Notes under the pieces: generated by a model
What the model was told of the DNA's origin: nothing
Databases searched by the model: none
The model's input: the letters and a program-made list of their open reading frames with translations, nothing else
Virus record (IMG/VR): IMGVR_UViG_3300032038_000018
Coordinates: 1-64,000 of that record
Length of the DNA: 64,000 nt
DNA from: a virus
Taxonomy: Duplodnaviria > Caudoviricetes
Strand: one strand, 5' to 3'
Made by a program: the position numbers and the translations under genes
In this document: piece after piece, positions 1-9,959 of the stretch
Layout of the letters: every line of letters begins with the position of its first letter
Position numbering within the stretch: position 1 is the stretch's first letter

Positions 1-410
1 TCTTCAGCTAATCTGATTTCAACTAATCTTCTGATTACGTTTGCATCATATAGCTTTATGTGTGTCTTGTTAAACTCAGACTCCGAATACATTTCATTAG
101 CAGATAATATAATATACCACAATACAGTTGTACCATAGATATCATTAGACAATCTATGTGCATTGCATCTGTATTTGCGATATTCTTCGTCTGTTAAATC
201 GATTGTAACTAGATGATCTTTTAAGAAATAAGAATGTCTATCTGTCATATTCTCTTCACATAATTTGAGATAATCGAGATTCTTATTTAAAAAGATATCA
301 TCTTCTATTAGCTCATTATCATAAACCCATTCTTGGAATGACATTGAGCTTTCTTTGTTTACAGCACCATTATATACTTCTATATAGTCTTTAAGAGTTG
401 TAAATATCAT
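1..410 (-). CDS. Partial (3'-truncated) baseplate-wedge/LysM-like protein
   Basis: Hand-translated from ATG at 410 with AGGTGA RBS; contains YRCNAHRLSNDIYGTTVLWYIILSAN, resembling the LS.D.YG...W..I...N motif of T4 gp53-like/LysM baseplate proteins; open to the window edge. Confidence 0.5.
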   Translation of the reverse strand, partial: MIFTTLKDYIEVYNGAVNKESSMSFQEWVYDNELIEDDIFLNKNLDYLKLCEENMTDRHSYFLKDHLVTIDLTDEEYRKYRCNAHRLSNDIYGTTVLWYIILSANEMYSESEFNKTHIKLYDANVIRRLVEIRLAE

Positions 411-421
411 AATATCACCTC

Positions 422-889
422 TTATTGCGGTCTATATATTGCACTGTACCATGGACGTGGAGGATGCTCAGTTTGACAGTCGTCACAATAACTAGGATCT
501 TCATGATCTATAAATCTGACATGATCCATATCTTTATTGTGAATTTCAATGAGCAATCTAGCTCCTCTATCTAGCCATCTATGAAAATACCAGTCATTTG
601 CATGATGCCATACAACCAAGTAGTTTCTACCAAAAATAGTAGGATCAACTACAGGTTTGCATTCTTTATCATTGCAATAAATACTATCATTTAAATTTAT
701 TATCCATTCAATGGGAATACCCGGAATAACACCGGGTCTCTCAGGATCTGCCATTAAAGTTGGTACAAATACAGTTTTCGGATTTGTGTTAGAGTCAATG
801 CGAAGTGGTTCACACATTACATAACAATATTCGTTATCATCTAATTTATATTCGAGGCTATTGTTGTATCCTATAGACATATCGTACAC
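422..889 (-). CDS. Hypothetical phage protein
   Basis: 155-aa ORF, GTG start with AGAG RBS, co-directional with the partial gene at 1..410. Confidence 0.6.
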   Translation of the reverse strand: MYDMSIGYNNSLEYKLDDNEYCYVMCEPLRIDSNTNPKTVFVPTLMADPERPGVIPGIPIEWIINLNDSIYCNDKECKPVVDPTIFGRNYLVVWHHANDWYFHRWLDRGARLLIEIHNKDMDHVRFIDHEDPSYCDDCQTEHPPRPWYSAIYRPQ

Positions 890-956
890 CTCTATTCATT
901 AATAAACCTAACTATAAGTTTGTTAATGAGTTTATTCATAAAGGGAGCTGTTTTAA

Positions 957-2150
957 TTGACTGATTATTCAAATGCTAATCCAAATAAAGATCAGACTAC
1001 TCTGTTATTTATGTTGGACGATTTCGACTTATATAAACCAAAACCTATATTTGTGTATGCGGGCCCACCGGGAACGGGTAAAACTTGGATAATTAAATTA
1101 TTCTTTGATAAGCATGGAATAAGAGACGATGAATATATCACATGTGCATATAGCGGTAAAGCTGCTAATGTATTAGCTATGAATGGCTTACCTGCTAAGA
1201 CGATACATTCGTTGATATATAATGTAGAATATGTACCTAAGCTTGATGCCGCTACAGGCAAAATAAAAAATGTATTGACATTCGTTAAGAAAGAGCATCT
1301 TGATAAAGATTATAAATATATTGTAGTTGATGAGCTATCTATGGTGCCTGATAACATAATGGAAGATTTGTTGTCGTTTGGTATTCCTATTATTGGTATG
1401 GGCGATATAAATCAGTTGCCACCTGTATTTGGATATGGTTCATATATAGAGAAACCCGATTTTGTATTACATGAGATAATGAGACAAGCATGGGATTCTC
1501 CTATAATAAAATTATCTCAATATGTATTACAAGGTCAACATCTGAGTTATGGTTCATATGGTAATAATTGTAATGTGCTACATACAATGCCTGTTACGAC
1601 TAATCTGTTTAACTATGATTGTATTCTGTGTAATAGAAATGCAACCAGAATGTTAGTAAACGACATATTCAGACATAATCTAACCAGATACGCTAAGAAA
1701 GGCGTATTAGCTATAGGCGATAAACTAGTATGTAAACAGAATTGTTGGGATCGTAACTTAGACGGAATGTATTTGACTAATGGCACAGTTGGTTATGTGG
1801 AATACATAGATGATGAGAATACAGATGGCACAAAAATAACAATCGGGTTTAAGCCCGATTACATAATAGATGACAGATACTATGACCAATTAGCTATAAG
1901 CAGAAAATATCTGGAGAATGGTACAGAGATGATGTTTAATCATAATGTGATAAAGTTTGATTACGCATATGCATTAACTGTACATTCTGCTCAAGGTAGT
2001 CAGTATAATAGAGTGCTATATATAGATGATGGCTTTAGTGGAGATAGAGAGATAAAGAAGAAATTAAAGTATACTGCAATAACCAGAGCGATAGATAGTA
2101 TAGATATTGTAGATAGTGGCTGTTTCTATACTACACCGTTAAATGCGTGA
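957..2150 (+). CDS. Dda/RecD-like SF1B DNA helicase
   Basis: GPPGTGKT Walker A, VVDELSM Walker B, GDINQLPPV, YALTVHSAQGSQY and YTAITRA motifs. Confidence 0.88.
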   Translation: MTDYSNANPNKDQTTLLFMLDDFDLYKPKPIFVYAGPPGTGKTWIIKLFFDKHGIRDDEYITCAYSGKAANVLAMNGLPAKTIHSLIYNVEYVPKLDAATGKIKNVLTFVKKEHLDKDYKYIVVDELSMVPDNIMEDLLSFGIPIIGMGDINQLPPVFGYGSYIEKPDFVLHEIMRQAWDSPIIKLSQYVLQGQHLSYGSYGNNCNVLHTMPVTTNLFNYDCILCNRNATRMLVNDIFRHNLTRYAKKGVLAIGDKLVCKQNCWDRNLDGMYLTNGTVGYVEYIDDENTDGTKITIGFKPDYIIDDRYYDQLAISRKYLENGTEMMFNHNVIKFDYAYALTVHSAQGSQYNRVLYIDDGFSGDREIKKKLKYTAITRAIDSIDIVDSGCFYTTPLNA

Positions 2151-2157
2151 ATTTGAC

Positions 2158-2173
2158 TATATATTCTATAAGT
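2158..2173 (+). promoter_or_regulatory. Putative early promoter TATATATTCTATAAGT (one of at least 11 related copies)
   Basis: TATATATT(C/A)TA recurs in intergenic DNA at 2158, 25394, 25791, 34562, 35050, 35922, 47350, 48965, 52815, 54961 and 63395; resembles the phiKZ early TATATTAC element. Confidence 0.65.
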
Positions 2174-2174
2174 G

Positions 2175-2485
2175 TAAAGTAAACAGGAAGGGGGTGACTT
2201 GATGACTGTTTATGATACATATGATGTTATATTTACATGCGAGCGCGTAGCATGTAAATATAGCACATCCGTAGATGATGGCCACATCTGCGGCGGATCC
2301 GGTAGACTTATATCAAGTCCACCATTCCGTTTAGGCCGCTCTCTCGGATAAGAAAAGAGGTCCCGAGGGAGTATAAACTAGATTGTAATAAATCTGATAC
2401 CGCGATGTAATCCTAGCCCGTTGTGGCATTTGAGATTACTTGGTTAATCAGATTATTACAATCTAAATCCTCTTTAATTTTTTTG
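2175..2485 (+). ncRNA. Candidate structured RNA (alternatively a 49-aa ORF at 2202..2351)
   Basis: Consecutive long hairpins between a promoter motif and a U-tract, e.g. 2223-2269 and TAGATTGTAATAAATCTGAT/ATCAGATTATTACAATCTA at about 2379-2465. Confidence 0.45.
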
Positions 2486-2548
2486 TCATAATAACGCATC
2501 ATAGGATACAATCCTATAATTATTTTTTTGCTATTATGAGGTGATATC

Positions 2549-4462
2549 ATGGCAAATGAATTTAAGAATTTAATAAATAAAGATTTATTATCTTATTATA
2601 ATACTAAAGTAGACAAACGTGAAGATGACAAAATTAGTAGTTTGCCTATTACAAATAAAGCTGAATTTTTAAAATCGTATTTTGAATCTAATAGTGATGG
2701 CAAAGTATATGGTGTAAAATTTGCATATGATGCAAATGGTGTAATCCAAGCTACATCCGGAGTTAAATATGGTGCTAATAATGGATTAGTTGTAGAACCA
2801 TCTACAAGAACTGTAATTGGCAGAGATGATTATAGATCTATAAATGTATTTAGATCTATAGATGCTAATGTGCACTATGGATCAGATGGCAATATAGTTA
2901 TAGATGCTATATCTGGAGAAGATGGATTTAGTTATACTGGAAAAGTAGACGTAGTATGTATATTTGCTCCTGTATATGAAAGAATATATGATGAAGAAGA
3001 GACAGTAAATGGAGTTACTACGAAATGGTGGCATATAGAGTGGTGTGATAGACCCAAAGAAGGATTTACACTGAATATCTTATGCAAAGATATTCATGGG
3101 AAAAATCAAGGATTCTATACTATAACCAAATTCCCATCTGTATGGATAGATGGCGCTCCTTATAGTAGTGCTGGTAGATATCCATGGGTAAATGCTGCTA
3201 TATCTGGAGTAGCTGGTCCGTCATATAATAACTGTGTTGACAGATATCATGCCAGAAATGAGAATATGACAGCAATGACGCATGGACAAGTTGCTATGAT
3301 ACAACGTATATTTATGATGAAATATGGCAAAACTAGATTTGACCAATGCTTGAATGGATTAATATCTTATTATAAGAATAGACTATATATACAAACAGCT
3401 GTTACAAATAAAAATTATGTAGTACTTACTACTACAGATGCTAATAGCATCTATGCCGATACACAGATAGATATAGGTAATCCTACTGCAGATAGAGTAA
3501 TTGCAGCTCGTAGTATTGCTACCAATGTATATGTAACAGGAAAATCTGCTGATATAGTTTTATTTAAGAATATAAAAGCTGGGTTTACTATATCTGACAC
3601 TAATTATACTATAGCTAGTGCATCTGAATTTGATATCTTATGTAAAAAGCTATCTACTACTGGAGATGCTGTAGATTTAGATGGCAATAATATCACAATG
3701 CAATTTGTGTATACAGACCCCAATACATCTGAAGAAAGTACAGTAGATATTAATCTGGAACTTAATGTATCTGGTACTACATATACGCTTTATGCATATG
3801 ATAGCGGTAATAATGTAATAGGATATAGTGCTAGTGGTGAGACTACATATACGGTTATCTATATAGATACTGCAGTTACAGTAGACACAACTTGTAGCGT
3901 ACAAACTGCTATATATGAGACTGGTTATTCATTGGGCATACTTGGTAAAGATGGCTCTTATATCAATGGAGCATTTAACACAAGTGGCAGGAATCCTAGT
4001 GTAATGAGTGGCATAGAGCTATTTAATGGCGCTTGGGATATATGTGGCAACGCAGTATATAATTATGACAGCAATACTAACTTACATGTATTAGTGCAGA
4101 ATGATTTAAGAGCAGTTACTAAGACTACAAATACTATTACCGCAGAGTATACAGATGCAGGTTATTTCACACATACAACATCAGGATCTTCATATAAGTA
4201 TGGTAAAGCCGTCAGATATGATTTAGTAAATGGAGTTTACTTAATAGATTGTGATGGTGGCTCTAGTTCAAATGGGTTATGCGATGCAATTTACTATCTT
4301 GGAGATCAAAAGTCGGGGTTCTACGAGGTGCTGTTGTTTGGTTCCTTGAGCGCCGGCGGCCGCGCTGGCCCGTTTTGTTCTGATGCGAGCACTGCCCTTT
4401 CGCACGCGACCTGGGGCTTCGCCGCTCGCGCGGCGTTCGTTTGCTCGGTTCGGGCTTCCTAA
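2549..4462 (+). CDS. DGR target protein, tail-fibre/receptor-binding-like with C-terminal CLec-type variable domain
   Basis: C-terminal GIELFNGAWDICGN...VLLFGSLSAGGRAGPFCSDASTALSHATWGFAAR; its 3' end is a VR matching the downstream TR. Confidence 0.8.
   Translation: MANEFKNLINKDLLSYYNTKVDKREDDKISSLPITNKAEFLKSYFESNSDGKVYGVKFAYDANGVIQATSGVKYGANNGLVVEPSTRTVIGRDDYRSINVFRSIDANVHYGSDGNIVIDAISGEDGFSYTGKVDVVCIFAPVYERIYDEEETVNGVTTKWWHIEWCDRPKEGFTLNILCKDIHGKNQGFYTITKFPSVWIDGAPYSSAGRYPWVNAAISGVAGPSYNNCVDRYHARNENMTAMTHGQVAMIQRIFMMKYGKTRFDQCLNGLISYYKNRLYIQTAVTNKNYVVLTTTDANSIYADTQIDIGNPTADRVIAARSIATNVYVTGKSADIVLFKNIKAGFTISDTNYTIASASEFDILCKKLSTTGDAVDLDGNNITMQFVYTDPNTSEESTVDINLELNVSGTTYTLYAYDSGNNVIGYSASGETTYTVIYIDTAVTVDTTCSVQTAIYETGYSLGILGKDGSYINGAFNTSGRNPSVMSGIELFNGAWDICGNAVYNYDSNTNLHVLVQNDLRAVTKTTNTITAEYTDAGYFTHTTSGSSYKYGKAVRYDLVNGVYLIDCDGGSSSNGLCDAIYYLGDQKSGFYEVLLFGSLSAGGRAGPFCSDASTALSHATWGFAARAAFVCSVRAS
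4328..4438 (+). repeat. DGR variable repeat (VR)
   Basis: 111-nt gap-free alignment to 4652..4762; 13 of the 18 TR adenines are substituted; GC-rich island in an AT-rich gene. Confidence 0.88.
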
Positions 4463-4489
4463 AATCATCTTTACAGGGGAGAGGGTGAA

Positions 4490-4521
4490 TGCGCACGTGG
4501 TCTTAACCGACCACGTGCGCA
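4490..4521 (+). promoter_or_regulatory. GC-rich hairpin/cruciform downstream of the VR (DGR homing element)
   Basis: TGCGCACGTGGTC-ttaacc-GACCACGTGCGCA, perfect 13-bp stem about 30 nt after the target stop codon, flanked by GGGAGAGGG on both sides. Confidence 0.7.
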
Positions 4522-4651
4522 GAGGGAGAGGGGGTAGAGTTTTTTAGATTTCATATAAAACTATTAAACAATTTTATGTAGAGTAAATACAATTTATTCT
4601 ATCGGTTGATGGAGCACCAAACGACGAGCAGAATATGAAAATATTCTGTTG

Positions 4652-4762
4652 GTGCTGTTGTTTGGCAACTTGAACAACGGCGGCAATGCTGGTCCGTTTT
4701 GTTCGAATGCGAACAATGCCCTTTCGAACCCGTCCTGGAACTTTGGGTCTCGTCCTGCCTTC
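4652..4762 (+). ncRNA. DGR template repeat (TR)
   Basis: Intergenic copy of the VR in which all 18 adenines lie in nine in-frame AAC/AAT codons. Confidence 0.85.
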
Positions 4763-4883
4763 GGATACTGCATTTTATCAAATTCAGAGTAATTTTTATA
4801 AAGTATCATGATTTATTTCATGATACTTTATTTTTGTTAATATATGAGAAAAATTCTATAATTGTAGATTATTATCACGTGAG

Positions 4884-5288
4884 GTGAATACAATGATATA
4901 TTATCTCGCAGCACAAGTTAAGATAAAGAATGGAATTAATGGGAATTATCCTGTTTTATCACAAATACGAATAAAGAGATATAATTCACAAGTTGCTCCT
5001 TCTATAGTTATTGCAGATTATAATGCATCTGTAAGAACTGATGGAACTAGTCCTATTATAGTTGGTAGATGTATGATAGCATCTGACCAGCAAAGTATAA
5101 TGTTAGAACGCAGTCTGTCAATATCAGAACTTACATACGATGCACTTGCAAAATATGATAAATATTTTACAGATGGATTCGTATTATCTACTTCTGTAAT
5201 GACTTCAGATATTGTAAAGAATTACATTTCTCCTGATATTAATGCTTCTCCTGTAAATATGATGTGGAGACTCAGATATCAGGATTAA
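4884..5288 (+). CDS. Hypothetical protein
   Basis: 134-aa ORF with GAGGTGA RBS region. Confidence 0.6.
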   Translation: MNTMIYYLAAQVKIKNGINGNYPVLSQIRIKRYNSQVAPSIVIADYNASVRTDGTSPIIVGRCMIASDQQSIMLERSLSISELTYDALAKYDKYFTDGFVLSTSVMTSDIVKNYISPDINASPVNMMWRLRYQD

Positions 5289-5325
5289 TCGGAACTTTTT
5301 AATAATTTATAAATGAGGTGATCAC

Positions 5326-5646
5326 ATGGCTGGTCCGATAGCAGAGCATAGTTTGTCAAATGATGCAATTAAAGCAATAATTGCACAATATGGCAAAAAA
5401 TTAAAATTCATAAAGACCGAAAATAATACAGTTGCAGTAAACCAACAAGAAATTGGTTCTCCTGTATATATAGATGCATCTACGGATATAGAGTACAAGA
5501 ATTATGATGGATATGATTTCATAAAAGTAAGAGCATATGATCCTTTTAATAGAAAAACATATTCATCTCTAATTCGTACACATGATATTCGTACATTCGT
5601 AATAGCTGAAAAAGAAACTGATATACTAGACGGATTTAGATGTTAA
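5326..5646 (+). CDS. Hypothetical protein, tandem paralogue A
   Basis: Shares IKTENNTVA, YDGYDFIKV.AYDPF and DILDGFRC with the next ORF. Confidence 0.75.
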   Translation: MAGPIAEHSLSNDAIKAIIAQYGKKLKFIKTENNTVAVNQQEIGSPVYIDASTDIEYKNYDGYDFIKVRAYDPFNRKTYSSLIRTHDIRTFVIAEKETDILDGFRC

Positions 5647-5663
5647 TATAAGGGAGTGATGAA

Positions 5664-5978
5664 ATGGCTATATTAAATGAGCATAGCATGACATATGCGG
5701 CATTAAAAGAAATACTCGATGAATTTGGCGAACGAGTTAAATATATTAAAACCGAAAATAATACAGTTGCGCTCAATCAACAAATAATTGGTTATCCGTT
5801 CATGTTAACCAATTCTGATATTGAGCATGAGACATATGATGGATATGATTTTATAAAAGTAAAAGCATATGATCCATTTACTAGAAAAATATATTATTCT
5901 TTAATACGAACCAATGATATTAGAACAGTTGTAGTTGCTGATAAAGCAACGGATATACTAGACGGATTTAGATGCTAA
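5664..5978 (+). CDS. Hypothetical protein, tandem paralogue B
   Basis: Clear paralogue of 5326..5646. Confidence 0.75.
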   Translation: MAILNEHSMTYAALKEILDEFGERVKYIKTENNTVALNQQIIGYPFMLTNSDIEHETYDGYDFIKVKAYDPFTRKIYYSLIRTNDIRTVVVADKATDILDGFRC

Positions 5979-5999
5979 ATAAAATGGAGGTGAACGTCT

Positions 6000-8261
6000 A
6001 TGGCTTCTTCAGAGTCTTATGCATCATTGTTTAGCGGTGATGAATTAGATTTTGCGATAGCTAAAGCGCTTGGCAATAAATATAGAGGCATTACTACACC
6101 CGGATGTCATTTAGTCGGAGATACTACTGATAATGTAGTAGACTTGGACAAATTGCTCATCCCGGGTAAATATACTATTTATTTTTATATCAATGGACCT
6201 GCTAGCTTCGTATATGATGAAACTACGCAGACAAATATGAGTGAAGATGATGCTGATCCGGAATCACTTACACAGACATCTTCATTTAGTGTAAGACCTA
6301 TTTATCTTGTAATGTATACATCCGGTGGGGATCATCTGTATCAAACTATTATGGTTGGTACCAGACTCTATTGGAGAGATATGTGGTCTAACGAAAATAT
6401 TACAGGTACTCATATACCTTGGAGATGCTCAGACCTTGGTGTTGAATCATCAGTCATTACCAATAATCTCGAATATAAAGAGACTGGTATAAGCGAAGCA
6501 TTATCTCAGAGAATGGGTACTGCATTAGTTGATATGGTAAAGAGACTCCAAATAGGTAATGCAAACTTATTGAATTACACTAATGGATATTTCTCATATG
6601 GAACCAGATTTAATGATTCTCAAACTATTTCTCAGAATATGTCCAAATATTGGAATATGACTAATGGTTCAATCAATACAGTAACATATGATGCTATTAG
6701 AGATGGTCAGATTACTTATCCTACTGATGATACGACTGCACTTAATATAGATCTATTCCCTGTATTTGATGATTTGGATGCCGATATAATTTCAACGTTT
6801 AGATCAACTAGTACAAGTGCTGTATTCAAATCTTATTCAACTTCTTCTACATCCGGTGTGGAATATAATAAGATTTACATGAGTGGTAATTCTAAATATA
6901 CTGCATCTGTATATTTAGTATTCGATCCTTTATTCTTAAAGATGCAAAATGAAAATGTCGCATACATATCTATTATCTTAGATGGTAACCAAGAAGAAGT
7001 AGTTAAGACTGAAACTATTACTCTTAACAGACTTGGTACGGCTATGGAAGAAACGGATATGCATGGATATCCTATAGCAAACCCGGGTGTACCTTATTGC
7101 AGAAATAAGATATTCGAACAGACTGATTATGAATCTGAGCAATATGATGGTCAGTTCAGAGTAATGAATAAAGCTGCAAGTGAGATGGGTTATTATAGGC
7201 TTACAGTAACTATAACACCTGAAGATTTAGATAATGCAAATATAACTGATATAAAGATAGCATTTGGCTTTAATGGCACAGATGCTAAGGGATTATTTGT
7301 ATTACCTAAGGTTGAATATGGTGAATTTGCAACACAATACAATCATAGCTGGGACGATCTTTATTATTATTTCACCAACTGTGAGTCATTCTTCGGTGTT
7401 CCTATTAATATATTGCATCCTACTGAGTTTGAGAATCAGGATAGCTTTGTTTATGATGCGGCAAACAACAGATTCGAAGCTGAACCCGTTGCAATTGGTG
7501 GCGGCGGTGGATTTGTAGTTCATGACAGAGATGATCTCAATATTGAAACTGTAAGTGATAACTCACGCAGATATGCAACTAATAAGCGAAATAATTCAGA
7601 GAAGATTCCTATATCCTATAAACCTGATGGAGAAACTCTTATATTTGGGCATGATCCTAATCATGTAGATCAGAAAACTGGGTATGCTGAAGATGGATAT
7701 CAGGAACTCTATACAGCTAATCATCTGGAACATTATTATCCCAGATATAAAAACATTCTGTTCTTAAACAAACCGACTAATGAGTTATTATATTGGGATG
7801 ACTTATGTAATAGAAATAAACCCGATGGTTCTGCCGATGGATCGGATTATGAAGGTCGTGGCGGATTTGTATCTCTGAATAAATCATTTGTAATAAGAAA
7901 AGGTGTAGACGGACATGCTGGTCCTCAACCTGTTAATTATACAAACGATCAATCTTATACAGAGAGCTATGTTGGCACTAACCAATTCTGGTTACATAAA
8001 CCCGATAGTGTTGGTCAGTCGGCAGTTAGCAAAGCTGCCACTATTAAGTATTATGACCCTGAAGAAGAGATGTGGTTAACTGCTAAGGCAGATGCAGCTA
8101 GCATATATGTAGTACAGCCTACAGCACCAGGACCTGAATTCTTAGGTAAATTCTGGATAAACTCTACTACAGATGCAGTGTATTATTCCATTATGCAAAA
8201 TAATCAAGTTGTATGGAAACCTATCTTCTCTATTTGGGGAGCTAATCCTACCACTACATAA
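6000..8261 (+). CDS. Tail fibre/baseplate-associated structural protein
   Basis: IGNANLLNYT...PKVEYGEFATQY module and C-terminal VVQPTAP...GKFWINSTT...W motif, both typical of phage tail proteins. Confidence 0.6.
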   Translation: MASSESYASLFSGDELDFAIAKALGNKYRGITTPGCHLVGDTTDNVVDLDKLLIPGKYTIYFYINGPASFVYDETTQTNMSEDDADPESLTQTSSFSVRPIYLVMYTSGGDHLYQTIMVGTRLYWRDMWSNENITGTHIPWRCSDLGVESSVITNNLEYKETGISEALSQRMGTALVDMVKRLQIGNANLLNYTNGYFSYGTRFNDSQTISQNMSKYWNMTNGSINTVTYDAIRDGQITYPTDDTTALNIDLFPVFDDLDADIISTFRSTSTSAVFKSYSTSSTSGVEYNKIYMSGNSKYTASVYLVFDPLFLKMQNENVAYISIILDGNQEEVVKTETITLNRLGTAMEETDMHGYPIANPGVPYCRNKIFEQTDYESEQYDGQFRVMNKAASEMGYYRLTVTITPEDLDNANITDIKIAFGFNGTDAKGLFVLPKVEYGEFATQYNHSWDDLYYYFTNCESFFGVPINILHPTEFENQDSFVYDAANNRFEAEPVAIGGGGGFVVHDRDDLNIETVSDNSRRYATNKRNNSEKIPISYKPDGETLIFGHDPNHVDQKTGYAEDGYQELYTANHLEHYYPRYKNILFLNKPTNELLYWDDLCNRNKPDGSADGSDYEGRGGFVSLNKSFVIRKGVDGHAGPQPVNYTNDQSYTESYVGTNQFWLHKPDSVGQSAVSKAATIKYYDPEEEMWLTAKADAASIYVVQPTAPGPEFLGKFWINSTTDAVYYSIMQNNQVVWKPIFSIWGANPTTT

Positions 8262-8327
8262 AAGACCATATGTATTATCTAGAGCCAGCGAACCTCTAGA
8301 TAATACATATTTTGGTGGTGATAATAA

Positions 8328-9944
8328 ATGCCAATAAATGAAGAATATTTAGCTCATAATCCGGAAGCTTTAAATAATCATAATGCAACTAATTCAGAAG
8401 CTGATTATGATAAAGCGTTAGCTTACTGGAATCATCCAATGACGGATGAGCAAGCTAAATCATTATTAAATAGAATCAAATTTGCTTTCTTATATAGAAA
8501 TGGATTTAAATTAAATAGTGATAAATGGAGAGAAAGTACAATAGACGTACTCGATATCTCCCTAAATAATATAGAAAGAACTAAGAAAGTATCTTCTGAT
8601 GAATATAATATAGAGGCAGATGATAATCCTAAATATGGTATCGATCAAGTTGATACTATGCCTACAGCTTCTATAGATTATTTAGATATAACTGTCCAAT
8701 ACATTGGACAATCTATTTTCGATAGTTATCAACATAATGCATTCTATAAATGCATAGAAGACTCTGGAGTATATGAATGGACAGAAGTGGATCCCGTTGA
8801 TACATCAGATGCAAATATTATTAAAGCTATAGATGGTGTTGCTATAATTAACTCTCTCCTTAGAATAAATGAAATAGGAGATGATATGACAGAAATAGCA
8901 AATACATCTTATAATAAAATATTAAAAGCATTCATCAATGGATCATCTTATAAAAATCATACTAAAGAATATATTCTAAATGGAAAAACTCTAACAGATG
9001 TATTTCCGAATGAATCTACTGATGCAGATATTGCAGCAGCAAAGACCAAATATATCAATGTAATTACTATCAATACATCGACCGATGATTTTAATTTTGA
9101 ATCGGATGATGCAGCTAAGAGATTAAAACAAAAATCTTATATAGAGACTATATTACATGATATAAATGATATAATTAAATATGTAAATGCATTTACTGAT
9201 GCATATTTACGTCCATATGATGAGGGAACTCATCAAAATATAACTACAGCATTTGACTATTATGTACTCGATTATATAGTACAAATGATAGAAGCTGAAA
9301 ATGCTTTATTTGTTACTTTATTAACCAAATATGCCAGAACTATAATCGAAGATCCTACTGCTAAAGTAGATATTGATGTATCAATTCAGCATAAACAATT
9401 TAACCATGCCCCGTTTGTTGGCTCAATGTGTAATGGTGCATGTGTTGGATTATGCTTTGGCTCATGTGTTACAACATGTAACGGTTGCGGTGGTTGTACA
9501 TCATATTGTAGTTCATACTGTGGTGCTTCATGTTTTGGTGACTGTGGTAATGCTACATGCGTAGATAACTGTGCTGGTACATGCAAAGGTGAGTGTACAG
9601 GAGATTGTCAAGGTGCATGTACTAAAGATTGTGGAGATGATTGCTCATCATCATGTATAACCTCATGCGCTCATGAATGTAAAGGAAGTTGCACAGGTGG
9701 TTGTAGTATATCTTGCTCAGATAAATGCTCAACCGGATGTAATGATGGATGCTTTACATCATGTACTAGTAGCTGTGGTCATAGTTGTAGTGGTGGCGCT
9801 GCAGCTAAGAGTCCTAGCAAGTCTCCTCAGCCTGCAAATACCAAAACTATAAATACAAATACTAGGAACAATATAGGATTATATACACAAAGTGGAATAA
9901 ATACATCGAATAATGTCGATAGTAGTCCATACCATAATAGATGA
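8328..9944 (+). CDS. Structural-type N-terminal domain fused to CXXX-repeat radical SAM target domain
   Basis: About 360-aa N-terminal region including a tail-fibre-like DTMPTAS...VQYIG...FYKC...YEW segment, then 31 Cys in mostly 4-residue register starting MCNGACVGLCFGSC. Confidence 0.8.
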   Translation: MPINEEYLAHNPEALNNHNATNSEADYDKALAYWNHPMTDEQAKSLLNRIKFAFLYRNGFKLNSDKWRESTIDVLDISLNNIERTKKVSSDEYNIEADDNPKYGIDQVDTMPTASIDYLDITVQYIGQSIFDSYQHNAFYKCIEDSGVYEWTEVDPVDTSDANIIKAIDGVAIINSLLRINEIGDDMTEIANTSYNKILKAFINGSSYKNHTKEYILNGKTLTDVFPNESTDADIAAAKTKYINVITINTSTDDFNFESDDAAKRLKQKSYIETILHDINDIIKYVNAFTDAYLRPYDEGTHQNITTAFDYYVLDYIVQMIEAENALFVTLLTKYARTIIEDPTAKVDIDVSIQHKQFNHAPFVGSMCNGACVGLCFGSCVTTCNGCGGCTSYCSSYCGASCFGDCGNATCVDNCAGTCKGECTGDCQGACTKDCGDDCSSSCITSCAHECKGSCTGGCSISCSDKCSTGCNDGCFTSCTSSCGHSCSGGAAAKSPSKSPQPANTKTINTNTRNNIGLYTQSGINTSNNVDSSPYHNR

Positions 9945-9959
9945 TAGGTGGTGATAATT

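Noticed and set aside
4263-4887. Short ORFs overlapping the VR and TR
   Set aside because: By-products of the GC-rich, stop-poor repeats; no RBS
4884-5288. 134-aa ORF after the TR as the DGR accessory protein Avd
   Set aside because: Size and position fit, but the sequence looks beta-rich and lacks the basic four-helix character of Avd; left as hypothetical
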